From the IMG/VR virus record IMGVR_UViG_3300045988_159685: a stretch of 64,000 bases of DNA; one strand, 5' to 3'. The stretch's first letter is position 1, and each line of letters opens with the position of its first letter. This DNA comes from a virus. A program made the translations under genes and the position numbers. Below are positions 1-9,086 of this stretch, piece by piece. The notes under the pieces were generated by a model. It had not been told where the DNA came from. It did not search any database and saw only the letters and a list, made by a program, of their open reading frames with translations.

Positions 1-751
1 GCAGCTTGGCTACCTTTATACGCTGCTTGTTTCTATTACTTGAGCCTTTTTGCATATGAGATAGCTTACGTTGTTCTTTAGCAAGTTTCTTTTCTGCACT
101 GCGATAATATCTTGGATAAGCAGGCTCATTACCGTTACTATCTTTGTACAGCTCGTGCATAGAATAATCAAGACCAAGAAAACTAAGCAATTCTTTGCTT
201 TGTACTTGTTTTTCGTACTCGAAAAGAATGCTTACATAATACTTTCCTGCAGGTGTTTGTTTTACTGTTACATATTTAAGTATATAGCTGTCAGGTACCT
301 TTCTATGCTGCTTTATCTTTACTTTACCCATCTTAGGAAGCTTTATATATCTATTAGATAGTTCTATATTTCCATTTACACAGTTTGTTGTGTAGCTGCG
401 GTCGTTTTCTTTCTTAGACTTATACCTTGGATAACCGTTGCCCTGCAAAGTAAAGAAACTCTGAAAAGCCTCATCAAGGTGACGAAGAGCCTGCTGAAGA
501 GCAATACTGTCCACTTCTTTCAGAAAAGAATATTCCTCGGCCTTTTTAATATCTGTAAGCTGTTGACTGCACTTATTATATGATACGCTTTCTTTGTTAT
601 CAGTATATGCTGTTCTTCTTATATACAGCCAATGATTATATACCCACCTTACACAGCCAAATGTCTTTGTAAGAAGGGCTTTCTGCTCTGAAGATGGATA
701 GATCCTAAATACATAGGCTTTATGACCAAGATCATCGTTCTTTTTAGGCAT
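1..751 (-). CDS. tnpB: TnpB/OrfB RNA-guided endonuclease of an IS200/IS605-family element, N-terminal ~250 aa; the 3' part lies beyond the window start
   Basis: Own translation of the minus strand from ATG 751..749 (GGAGGTGG 7 nt upstream): MPKKNDDLGHKAYVFRIYPSSEQKALLTKTFGCVRWVYNHWLYIRR...GYPRYKSKKENDRSYTT...LGLDYSMHELY. This is a typical OrfB_IS605 N-terminus with the RuvC-I Asp. The frame checked open through 751..479 codon by codon and appeared open to nt 1. It is absent from the ORF track because it is truncated. Confidence 0.85.
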   Translation of the reverse strand, partial: MPKKNDDLGHKAYVFRIYPSSEQKALLTKTFGCVRWVYNHWLYIRRTAYTDNKESVSYNKCSQQLTDIKKAEEYSFLKEVDSIALQQALRHLDEAFQSFFTLQGNGYPRYKSKKENDRSYTTNCVNGNIELSNRYIKLPKMGKVKIKQHRKVPDSYILKYVTVKQTPAGKYYVSILFEYEKQVQSKELLSFLGLDYSMHELYKDSNGNEPAYPRYYRSAEKKLAKEQRKLSHMQKGSSNRNKQRIKVAKL

Positions 752-822
752 TCTTTGCCACCTCCTTATTATGATTATATCATTTTGAACTCTTTTTAGC
801 AAACTTTAGAGACGCAATCCAT

Positions 823-844
823 CCCTCACCTATAGAGGTGAGGG
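823..844 (-). repeat. Perfect 8-bp stem hairpin CCCTCACC-TATAGA-GGTGAGGG, candidate IS left-end subterminal hairpin
   Basis: Read directly. It lies ~75 nt upstream of the tnpB ATG and has no U-tract, so it is not a good terminator. Confidence 0.5.
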
Positions 845-872
845 TATTCTTGCTTCGGTTTGATAAAAGTTA

Positions 873-1451
873 TTATGGCTCAAAGTCAAGTGGAACACCA
901 TATTTCTTATTAGCGATTAGCTTTATTTTATATTTATCTGCAAGTCTTTTTGCTTCCATATCTTCACGCTCTTTCTGCAAACGGCGTTCTTTCTTACGCT
1001 TTATATTTTTAGCCTGTTCTTTCAGCCTTCTCGCTTTTTCTTCTGTTTTTGCTTTTTGCTTTGGAAGTTTGTTTATCCAATAATCTGCCTCATTATTTAC
1101 TTTGTTACTATTACCCATGGCGTATTTGGCTATGGCTGTATAGAAGCCCGTATACTGATTGGCTTCTTCTATAGGGCATGATACCGTTACTTTATCACCA
1201 TTAACAAAAGTAATTACAGTTTCCATCGCATCGTAACGTGTGTTATTACTCTTATTGATTGCCTGCACTTTAGTATAAGAATAATCGCTAATCTTTGGCA
1301 TACAGAATGTTGCACGGTATGGAGTATACAATTCTTCCGTCTTTTGGAGCGTATTTATCGAATTAACTATTGGATTTATCGCAGCCATCCAACTCTCATA
1401 TTTACTTGTTGGCGCATAATCAAACCATTCTTTACTTGTTAGATATTTCAT
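873..1451 (-). CDS. hypothetical protein with Lys/Glu-rich C-terminal helix
   Basis: ORF track 873..1496. Start moved to the internal ATG (MKYLTSKE) preceded by GAGGT. C-terminus KQKAKTEEKARRLKEQAKNIKRKKERRLQKE. Confidence 0.55.
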   Translation of the reverse strand: MKYLTSKEWFDYAPTSKYESWMAAINPIVNSINTLQKTEELYTPYRATFCMPKISDYSYTKVQAINKSNNTRYDAMETVITFVNGDKVTVSCPIEEANQYTGFYTAIAKYAMGNSNKVNNEADYWINKLPKQKAKTEEKARRLKEQAKNIKRKKERRLQKEREDMEAKRLADKYKIKLIANKKYGVPLDFEP

Positions 1452-1461
1452 TTTAACAACC

Positions 1462-1686
1462 TCAATCTTTCTGCCATTTTTCTTTATAGTCTTCACGACT
1501 CATATTTCCAACCAAAATACTGCATAAATCATTTAGCTTATCACAGGTGTCATAATATTTACTAACATCTATGTATAACAATCTTGCCCGAATGACCTGT
1601 AACGCAACGATAAGTTCACCCACTCCTTTCATATTAGCCGACGGAGTATTAATGATTTCATTCTCGAAATACTTTACTAACTTCAA
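1462..1686 (-). CDS. hypothetical protein
   Basis: ORF track; TTG start a few nt after GAGGTGG. Confidence 0.5.
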   Translation of the reverse strand: MKLVKYFENEIINTPSANMKGVGELIVALQVIRARLLYIDVSKYYDTCDKLNDLCSILVGNMSREDYKEKWQKD

Positions 1687-1696
1687 CTATACCACC

Positions 1697-1873
1697 TCAC
1701 TTATGATTTAATTTGTACAGCCAGTTTTTAAACCATCTTTTGAAACGATACCACAATTTTATCAGCCTCCCTGTTTCATCATATATGTCAATGATTTCAA
1801 CGTCATATAATAATCTGTTGTGATCTGGCTCACGACCTGCATTAAGAATATCATCTATGCCCTCGAACCACAT
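1697..1873 (-). CDS. small hypothetical protein (58 aa)
   Basis: Own translation MWFEGIDDILNAGREPDHNRLLYDVEIIDIYDETGRLIKLWYRFKRWFKNWLYKLNHK. AAGGAGGT lies upstream. It is below the ORF-track size cut-off. Confidence 0.5.
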   Translation of the reverse strand: MWFEGIDDILNAGREPDHNRLLYDVEIIDIYDETGRLIKLWYRFKRWFKNWLYKLNHK

Positions 1874-2151
1874 AAAGACTTACCTCCTTGTATCTTGCAC
1901 TGTTTTAAATATTCAATCGTATTGAATAGAGCTTCAGTCATATCTGCTGTAAAACTTAATGGTGCATCTTCATCGTAAGTATTTTCACAGCCCTCAAAAC
2001 TGCCATCAGAATAGATAGTTATAAATTGGTTTCCAACCCGATCAAACACTGCGTCTGTTGCTACGTTGATACAATTGTCACTAGAGCGATCGATATAAAA
2101 GAAACCTGCGTCATACCACATTTTTTTTATTTCTAAATCTGTCATATTCAA
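1855..2151 (-). CDS. hypothetical protein
   Basis: ORF track; TTG 2151 or ATG 2145 after GGAGGT. Confidence 0.5.
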   Translation of the reverse strand: MNMTDLEIKKMWYDAGFFYIDRSSDNCINVATDAVFDRVGNQFITIYSDGSFEGCENTYDEDAPLSFTADMTEALFNTIEYLKQCKIQGGKSLCGSRA

Positions 2152-2270
2152 ACAAATACCTCCATAATTTTGCCAAAATCCGGAATGTTATCCACTGTTG
2201 CTTTTTCTTCTTGAGTCCTACCAAAAGGCGTAACTTCGATATAGCCTTCACAATATGTCCATTCACTCAT
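2148..2270 (-). CDS. possible 40-aa micro-ORF
   Basis: Own translation MSEWTYCEGYIEVTPFGRTQEEKATVDNIPDFGKIMEVFV. Weak SD (AAAGG). Its stop overlaps the next start. Confidence 0.3.
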   Translation of the reverse strand: MSEWTYCEGYIEVTPFGRTQEEKATVDNIPDFGKIMEVFV

Positions 2271-2345
2271 AATAATTCGCCTTTCATATAATTGATTCAA
2301 CTTAGCATTACTTAGTTGACATCAATCAGCTGTCATTTTTTATAA

Positions 2346-3146
2346 TTATCTTGCCCTATTAATTCTCTGTCGGGCTACTGTAATAATATAATCAAAAGAC
2401 GGCATTGGTTTGAGTTTAAACTCATTTTTCTTATGAAGATTATCTATCTTCGACTTGATTTCTGCCTTGGGCAGAACCCCATATCGTATATATTTATCCA
2501 AAGTATCGTAACTAAATCCAAGGTTATCTTCATCCGTCTTCCCACACAAACCATCAGAAGGAGTTTTCTCAATAAATTTCTCAGGTAAACCAAGAAAGCG
2601 ACCTATTGATTTTACTTCTTGCACTGTAAACTTCGCAAGCGGTGCCATGTCCCCTGCTCCATCGCCATACCTTGTGGCATAACCAATATAATCCTCAGAA
2701 TAATTGCAAGTATTAATAACACGCCCACCGACTGTCTGCGATACAGCATAAAGTGTAGCCATACGCAAACGTGCTGGCAGATTTATTGTTGTTTGTTCAC
2801 TAAGGGTAGTCTCAAGGGCGTCACTGATTTTTGCTATAGCAGTATCATAAACTGATTCAATATTTATTGTTACATTATTAATACCGAGAAACTCGCAGAG
2901 TTCATTAGCATAGTTGATATCTGCCTGTTCTCCGTTTGGCATAAGCACGCCGAACACTCTTTCTTTACCAAGTGCTTTAACGCAGAGTGCTGCGACAACA
3001 GATGAGTCTTTTCCGCCAGATATTCCAATAACGGCTTTGCAACCATTTCCATTGTTCTCAAACCAATCTCTAATCCATTCAACACACATCTCTGCTGCCA
3101 CGTAAGAATTAAAATCCAGATTATAATTATCGTCATTATAACTCAT
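2346..3146 (-). CDS. nadE: NH3-dependent NAD+ synthetase
   Basis: 266 aa; PP-loop GISGGKDSSV; NadE-like length and layout; SD GAGGTG. Confidence 0.85.
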   Translation of the reverse strand: MSYNDDNYNLDFNSYVAAEMCVEWIRDWFENNGNGCKAVIGISGGKDSSVVAALCVKALGKERVFGVLMPNGEQADINYANELCEFLGINNVTINIESVYDTAIAKISDALETTLSEQTTINLPARLRMATLYAVSQTVGGRVINTCNYSEDYIGYATRYGDGAGDMAPLAKFTVQEVKSIGRFLGLPEKFIEKTPSDGLCGKTDEDNLGFSYDTLDKYIRYGVLPKAEIKSKIDNLHKKNEFKLKPMPSFDYIITVARQRINRAR

Positions 3147-3164
3147 AAAAACACCTCGCTTAGA

Positions 3165-4643
3165 TTAGAAATTATTATTGTGGAGTCTGTTGCGGATATT
3201 AGCAAGTGAGTCATCAATAAGCAATTCGCTATTTCTGAATATTGCCTTTAACTCTTGTTTACTATTACAGGAAACTTCTTTCCAAGTATATTCGTCCTTA
3301 TAACAGAGCTCGCCGTTATCGTCTTTATAAACAAGACAACAACCCTTTTGTGATTTCTTAAATCCACCCTCTTTTGGATTTTTGAATATAGGATATGGCT
3401 TATGATCGATTTCACAGTATGTTGCCTTAATACAAGAACTAAAGGTATCTCTTGTAAATGGTTTAAGTATTCCATCTTCTTCTACGCACTGAAATGAAAA
3501 TGAGCCAACGCCAAGTGCAACATTGCTAGCCGCAAAGCCGTTATCCTTTAAAATTTCATATATCCTTTCACAACGCTGGATAGTAATTGAGTCACCATAA
3601 ATAGCCTTTACATGAGGGTCAAGAACTTTGTATCCCTTACTATTAATTGTGCCACCAAATTCATCCCAAAGTTTAAACACTGTTTTAGTTACAACTTCTA
3701 TGCAATCACCTGAATCGCCACGCATAAGCATGCAACCATTGTGCGCCATAATCTCTGGTTTTATTTGTGGCAAAACGTTATCAATGACATTCCAATAATC
3801 ATATGAATCAAGGACAGCAGAAAAACTTGTATCAGGATAAATCTCGGTCAATAATCTTTTAAGCAACGTAACTTCGTCACCATCAACCGCATAATTTGAA
3901 CACATAACTGCATGTTCGGTAGAGGGCGAACCAAATGCTACAGGCTCTTTGGTACAATCGCAATTATAAAGCTTTTCAAGATATGGTATGACAGGGACTG
4001 TTGCTGTATTTACAAAACTCAGACACCAACCAGCCGCCGCTTTAATAGCAGAATCCGTACATTCTTCACCTCTAAAGTCAAAAGAACCTAGAGCTTTGTT
4101 TCGTGACACACTATCATCACAGGTTTCATCGTAGAACTTATTTACGATATCACGATAAGTTGCACCCACCGTTGCGGCAAGCATTGGATGCCAAGCCTCG
4201 GCTGATATAAGCGATTCAAGAGCCTGCGGTAGCCATGCAAAATCGTCATGCGTATTAGTTATGCAAAACATCGGAACGTGCATTGGAACCTTTGTTCCTT
4301 CTGGTAATGCCCATATCTCAATTGGGAGATAGCCAAGGGCATGCAGGTCTTTTATTTTCTGCAAGCCATATACGCCCTTACCAAGTGAAGCATCCATAAT
4401 ACGCTCATATTCCGAAATGACTTCGTCTATAGGGCGTTCAAAAAATCTTTCATTAAAGTAATCTATCAAATAGGTTTTTACAAAGCCCTGAAGTCCGAAC
4501 ATCACGACTTTGTTCCACATCCTTACACGACTCATTCGTGGCGTAAAATATGAAACGGATTTTGTTATCTTAGTCGGCAACATCTCAGCATGAACCGCTT
4601 TATAAAAATCAATAAGTAGCATTGGGTTTATATTATATAACAT
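3165..4643 (-). CDS. nicotinamide phosphoribosyltransferase family protein (NadV/Nampt-like; possibly NARP1 Namat)
   Basis: 492 aa, typical Nampt length. N-terminus NPMLLIDFYK..H and overall family resemblance. SD GGAGGTG. Confidence 0.8.
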   Translation of the reverse strand: MLYNINPMLLIDFYKAVHAEMLPTKITKSVSYFTPRMSRVRMWNKVVMFGLQGFVKTYLIDYFNERFFERPIDEVISEYERIMDASLGKGVYGLQKIKDLHALGYLPIEIWALPEGTKVPMHVPMFCITNTHDDFAWLPQALESLISAEAWHPMLAATVGATYRDIVNKFYDETCDDSVSRNKALGSFDFRGEECTDSAIKAAAGWCLSFVNTATVPVIPYLEKLYNCDCTKEPVAFGSPSTEHAVMCSNYAVDGDEVTLLKRLLTEIYPDTSFSAVLDSYDYWNVIDNVLPQIKPEIMAHNGCMLMRGDSGDCIEVVTKTVFKLWDEFGGTINSKGYKVLDPHVKAIYGDSITIQRCERIYEILKDNGFAASNVALGVGSFSFQCVEEDGILKPFTRDTFSSCIKATYCEIDHKPYPIFKNPKEGGFKKSQKGCCLVYKDDNGELCYKDEYTWKEVSCNSKQELKAIFRNSELLIDDSLANIRNRLHNNNF

Positions 4644-4660
4644 AACTTGTCACCTCCAAA

Positions 4661-5512
4661 TTAAAACATATCGAAAATCTCAATTTTGTCTGCGTTTACT
4701 TCAAGTCCATCGGCACCAATCTTCTTGCGGTAAATACTATTGGTAGAGAAAACCTTTTTGATAAGCCCGCTCTTAATCATGTCGCCGTCGTGTACCGAAT
4801 TTTCAAGATGTGAAACGTATAAATAAATGTCGCCAACACCATACTCTTTTAGAGCTTTTGCACTATAATAGAAAGTTCCGCCCCTAGAACAAATATCATC
4901 AACAATTAATACGTTTCTACCTTTTAATGTGTCTGTATTACCCATGATGCTTAATCCATTAATGGTTCCAGTTTTCCAATCCCTATTTTTCATACCGAAT
5001 ACATAAGGCACTTCAAGAATACTAGATATGAATGAATAACGTTTCATTGCGCCTTCGTCTGGGAAAAATAAAATAAGATCTTTCCTAGAAATCTTTTCGT
5101 CAATAATATTATCCCTCAAAATGCCAGCCGGTGAAGAATCTCTGATATTGTTTATTAGAGCCGCTCCAACGTTTGAATGAATGTCAAGTGTAAATACTTT
5201 TCTAAACTCCATATTATTGATTAGATTTGCAAATGTTTTGAGCGTAAACATTTCAAACGCTTTTTGTGTACGATCCATGCGAGCATTAGGAACATATGGC
5301 ATATTCAGATTAATGTTACAAAAGCCCTTGCTCTTTAACCAATCGACACAGCAAGCTAACTGAAATATCTCCGAATCATTGTCGTAAAGCCAAGTTATGT
5401 CTATAGGTGCTGAAACCCCATATCCAATGAGTTCCGCAATGCTATAGGTCAGTTTACACGTTCCATCAGGAAATTTAATAATATTAATTGGTTTAGAATC
5501 AATAGAAATCAT
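4661..5512 (-). CDS. ribose-phosphate pyrophosphokinase family protein (Prs-like; possibly ADP-ribose diphosphokinase Adps)
   Basis: 283 aa; PRPP/PRTase loop NVLIVDDICSRGGTFYYS; TLDIHS motif; SD AGGAGG. Confidence 0.7.
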   Translation of the reverse strand: MISIDSKPINIIKFPDGTCKLTYSIAELIGYGVSAPIDITWLYDNDSEIFQLACCVDWLKSKGFCNINLNMPYVPNARMDRTQKAFEMFTLKTFANLINNMEFRKVFTLDIHSNVGAALINNIRDSSPAGILRDNIIDEKISRKDLILFFPDEGAMKRYSFISSILEVPYVFGMKNRDWKTGTINGLSIMGNTDTLKGRNVLIVDDICSRGGTFYYSAKALKEYGVGDIYLYVSHLENSVHDGDMIKSGLIKKVFSTNSIYRKKIGADGLEVNADKIEIFDMF

Positions 5513-5524
5513 AGAATCCTCCTA

Positions 5525-6049
5525 TTATATAATGTTAATTTGACAACTTTTTGCTACCGTTAAAGCCGCCTGCTTCGCTTCGGGTGTTGTGCCTGCTGTA
5601 GCATTTTCGATTATATTAATCTTCATTTCGGGAAACCGTGTTTTTAGAATTAAGGCATTTGTAATCACGCAGATATCAGTGCAAAGTCCAACCAAATCGA
5701 CTTCGTCGTAGTTATCCTCAACTAACTTAGTGGCAATATTAAATGTACCAAATGTCGGCTTATTAATAACATCACATGGTATATTGCTTTCAATAGAAGC
5801 GACAGCTATATCATCATGTATTTTCCAACCATTGGTGCCTCTTATACAATGTTCGATAGGTAAATTTTTGCCCTCCTGTGTATCAAGATAATCTTTGCTA
5901 TGGGTGTCTCGTGTAAAAAATATCGCCGCATAGTCGGAACTTTGTATAAGCTTTGCAACATTTGGAACAATAGCTTGGGCTTCCCTAGTTCCCAAACTGC
6001 CATTAATAAAATCATTCTGCATATCAATAACTATTAATGCTTTTTTCAT
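5525..6049 (-). CDS. isochorismatase-family hydrolase, nicotinamidase (PncA)-like
   Basis: MKKALIVIDMQNDF (catalytic Asp), RDTH, LVGLCTDICV (catalytic Cys). Start moved to the ATG after AGAGG. Confidence 0.65.
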   Translation of the reverse strand: MKKALIVIDMQNDFINGSLGTREAQAIVPNVAKLIQSSDYAAIFFTRDTHSKDYLDTQEGKNLPIEHCIRGTNGWKIHDDIAVASIESNIPCDVINKPTFGTFNIATKLVEDNYDEVDLVGLCTDICVITNALILKTRFPEMKINIIENATAGTTPEAKQAALTVAKSCQINII

Positions 6050-6186
6050 ATGTAAACCTCTTTTCTCATTCACTTCATATAATATAAAATAAGTCCATCT
6101 AGGTGCTTACAAGGGTTTTCTTCTTGCCTTTAGCGGTACATTCGATCTTATATAGTTTTATCATTTTTTTATTTCTCCTAAAAAAA

Positions 6187-6747
6187 TCAAGCATTGTTAT
6201 CTGCTAAATAGCCTTCCACATCAAAATGAACACCGTCGCCATTACAAATCAAATACTCACTAAACCTAGGATCTATGTCATAATTATTCAATGTAGTTCT
6301 GTCACACTTTTTAAAATATGTTCCTTCCACATCAAACTCTGAATTGGCTCTATCTGTATAACCATATGTATCAAATCCAATACATAATACACTTATATCA
6401 TTGGTATACCAATTACCTCGATATAAAAGTAAATCGTTTACAACACATAAGCAATGCTCGTTAGTAACTCCATAAGGAGCTCCCGATTTTCCAATAATAA
6501 CGTCACCAATTTTAAATGGAAATTTATCGCCATCATCGCAGTCACAGGACTCAAATATATCGACCCATCTATCAGCCAAATAACCATAACAAGTGCCAAA
6601 TACATCATAACAAAACTGTTCTTTCAATCTTTTATATTTCAAAACATCGTCAAAATCTATTATATATTTACGATGCTCAAAATGATCAATATGCTGGTCG
6701 TAGAACTCGCAAAGCAAATCTTTATGTCTTCTAAGTTTCATCCACAT
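6187..6747 (-). CDS. hypothetical protein; N-terminus (KLRRHKDLLCEF) related to the small-protein family
   Basis: ORF track; ATG 6747 is 7 nt after AGAGGT. Confidence 0.5.
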   Translation of the reverse strand: MWMKLRRHKDLLCEFYDQHIDHFEHRKYIIDFDDVLKYKRLKEQFCYDVFGTCYGYLADRWVDIFESCDCDDGDKFPFKIGDVIIGKSGAPYGVTNEHCLCVVNDLLLYRGNWYTNDISVLCIGFDTYGYTDRANSEFDVEGTYFKKCDRTTLNNYDIDPRFSEYLICNGDGVHFDVEGYLADNNA

Positions 6748-7066
6748 TGTCAATACCTCTTAACTTACTCGGTTCTTCAAACAAATCTTTATGCCATCTT
6801 TTATCTGTAATCAAGCGTTTTGAACATTGGTTTTCTGCGGAAAGCTTCCAATAACCAGAAAACGTACTATCATGTATTTTCACAATTTTACCACATAAAA
6901 TATCCATGTCTCCACCTAAAATGCCATAGTCATTCAGATTACGTATATAATCATCTGTATTTCCGTATTCATAGTCATCGTCATATATGTCTGAGTCAAA
7001 ACTATATTCACAACATAAATCCTTAAATCTCCTAATGCGAACTTTGTCACCACTATTTAATATCAT
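6731..7066 (-). CDS. small-protein family member (GDKVRIRRFKDLCCEY)
   Basis: ORF track; shares the N-terminal motif with seven other ORFs. Confidence 0.55.
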   Translation of the reverse strand: MILNSGDKVRIRRFKDLCCEYSFDSDIYDDDYEYGNTDDYIRNLNDYGILGGDMDILCGKIVKIHDSTFSGYWKLSAENQCSKRLITDKRWHKDLFEEPSKLRGIDNVDET

Positions 7067-7074
7067 GATATCAC

Positions 7075-8661
7075 CTACTCATTCTCTGTAAGATATTCAG
7101 ATTTATTAATATTTGAACTCCAAATAACTATTTCTTGATTTTCAGCAGTGTTGCCTGTTAATGAATTTGTAGAGGTTAGCCATTCCCCATTAAATAGGCT
7201 TTTCACGCCAGCTCCAATCTTAATCAAAGACAGGTTTGATCCATACCTGTTGCAAGCATTGCGGAAGTTCATATAATCAGGAAAATTAAGATAATGCTCG
7301 CCGCTTATTACAAGACCTGACTCTTTTTTAACTGGCGTATCTGAAATATCTATACCAACTTCAGAAAGTATCGAATTGAAACTTGCATTTACCGATTCAT
7401 CTGTATAAATATTGCATGCAGGATACATTCTTGACTGAACATATTCTGTATGATCCTTATTTATCATAAATAACTGCCTAAATATTTTATCGTTCTTATA
7501 GTAATCATTGTCAGAACAATTTTTATCAAGCCCATATGTAATAACGGTTACATCATCATTTGCATATGATAAACATCCAGCGTGCCAACCACCACGATTT
7601 TTAAAACTGTGACACGATGACCAACTGTTGCCATGTGACATTGTAACAAAATCACATATATTTAGTGATACTACAAATTTAACCTGTAGAGGCCTTAAAG
7701 CCATGGCATCAAAACATTTTGCCGAGGCTTTGTTATACTCCGTCCTATCGGCTAATTTGAATTTTTTCATAATTGCATTTATATTTCTACTAGCCTTTGC
7801 ATTGACATTCATATCATCGTCATTTAAGCCGATTCTATTTAAGTATTCTTTTATATTTCTATATGAGGATTCAACAAAACGAATACAATTGTCAACCGAT
7901 TTGTAACTATACGAACTTGAAACTATAGCTGCTATGTAATCATATACTGACAAGGTTTGACGTGAAAATACAGGTGATTCCGCAGACATTGTTTGGAATA
8001 ATTCGCGAGCCGCAAACGCAACTACGTTATTATCTACATTACGATTGATTGGCAAGTCAATGGCAATACATTTTTCTTTATCATTCCACTGCGGATGTTC
8101 TCTAAACAATGCAATTAAATCCTTTTTGGCTTCATACCAAGTTTTAAATTCGTTATAAATGTATTTATCTTTTGCCTGAGGATAATAGGTCTTTATTAAT
8201 TTGTAGAAACAATCATAATTATACTTAAGATTGGAGTCCATCCAATCGGCGTTTTCTTCAATTGGTTCTTCAACAAATTTATAAGCTTTAAATGAGAGAC
8301 TGCCATCAGAATAAATATACGGACGCCTTTTAAGTACACCGTCCTGATAATATGAAAAAGTCTTTCTGCCAGATCCATATACAACAACTTTTTTATTTGT
8401 TCTACTAAGAATAACTGCGTCACCTGGAAGAAGTAACCTTGTATGCTGACCAGTAATGAAAACATATTTGTCCCCTAATATCTCATGCCCAAATACTTCT
8501 GCATCATACCATCGTCGAGCTACTATTTGTTTAGTTGCATCAATGATAAGTGGTTTTTTAAAGTTTCCAATAAGTTTTGATTCACCAACTGTTACATATT
8601 CATCATTTTCATTTTTTTCAATATCATAGCCATAAACACGTCCACAAAGTCTTATATACAT
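7075..8661 (-). CDS. large hypothetical protein, paralogue of 11249..13135
   Basis: Shared blocks: HPQWNDKEKCIAI and NICDFVTMSHGNSWSSCHSF..GGWHAGCLSY...FRQLF...QSRMYP. SD AAGGAAG. Confidence 0.6.
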   Translation of the reverse strand: MYIRLCGRVYGYDIEKNENDEYVTVGESKLIGNFKKPLIIDATKQIVARRWYDAEVFGHEILGDKYVFITGQHTRLLLPGDAVILSRTNKKVVVYGSGRKTFSYYQDGVLKRRPYIYSDGSLSFKAYKFVEEPIEENADWMDSNLKYNYDCFYKLIKTYYPQAKDKYIYNEFKTWYEAKKDLIALFREHPQWNDKEKCIAIDLPINRNVDNNVVAFAARELFQTMSAESPVFSRQTLSVYDYIAAIVSSSYSYKSVDNCIRFVESSYRNIKEYLNRIGLNDDDMNVNAKASRNINAIMKKFKLADRTEYNKASAKCFDAMALRPLQVKFVVSLNICDFVTMSHGNSWSSCHSFKNRGGWHAGCLSYANDDVTVITYGLDKNCSDNDYYKNDKIFRQLFMINKDHTEYVQSRMYPACNIYTDESVNASFNSILSEVGIDISDTPVKKESGLVISGEHYLNFPDYMNFRNACNRYGSNLSLIKIGAGVKSLFNGEWLTSTNSLTGNTAENQEIVIWSSNINKSEYLTENE

Positions 8662-8716
8662 TTTTTATACTTCCTTTCGGTATTATTTACCGCATAGCAT
8701 ATACGGCATTGGCGGA

Positions 8717-9040
8717 TTAAACCGCCCTGCTCGCCTTGATTTTATCATTGGCAATTTTAAATATTTTGAGGTAATATTCCAACCTTGCTTTTTTAATTTC
8801 ATTATCGCCACACCATCGCATCTGCTTTTCAAGCTCAATTATTAATTGAGGTATCGTGTAATTATCTTTTATAGTATTACAGTCGTGGCAGCATACAACT
8901 AAATTACTGACCTCGTCTTTACCACCTTTTGATACAGGTATGATATGGTCAAGCGTTTTATCTGATTTGATATACTTCCCACAATAAAAGCAGAAATCAG
9001 AATCTACCTCTTTGCGTACTTGTTCTGTGTAGTTTCGCAT
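8717..9040 (-). CDS. HNH endonuclease
   Basis: CFYCGK...LDHIIPVSKGGKDEVSNLVVCCHDCNTIKDN. Start set to ATG 9040, directly downstream of terminator 9046..9076. Confidence 0.8.
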   Translation of the reverse strand: MRNYTEQVRKEVDSDFCFYCGKYIKSDKTLDHIIPVSKGGKDEVSNLVVCCHDCNTIKDNYTIPQLIIELEKQMRWCGDNEIKKARLEYYLKIFKIANDKIKASRAV

Positions 9041-9045
9041 ATAAT

Positions 9046-9076
9046 AAAAAAAAAGAGGGCGACTAACGCCGCCCTC
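9046..9076 (-). terminator. rho-independent terminator
   Basis: Minus strand GAGGGCG-8 nt-CGCCCTC followed by U9. Confidence 0.75.
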
Positions 9077-9086
9077 GTACATGTTG

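Larger units (their letters stand above)
1..870 (-). mobile_element. IS200/IS605-family (tnpB-only, IS1341-like) element, left-end portion; outer boundary approximate
   Basis: tnpB plus a subterminal hairpin upstream of it. No Y1 tnpA is present between tnpB and the next gene. Confidence 0.6.

Noticed and set aside
2619-3136. ORF-track entries 2619..2855(+), 2870..3136(-) and 2914..3105(+) inside nadE. Similar antisense or out-of-frame ORFs lie inside other long genes, for example 3248..3475, 5181..5363, 5842..6027, 7628..7906, 8196..8465, 9321..9650, 10383..10940, 11676..12847, 46049..48223 and 52407..55112.
   Set aside because: They lie entirely within longer ORFs that have recognisable domains or strong SD sites. 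They lack SD sequences, and their products are low-complexity or compositional mirror images.
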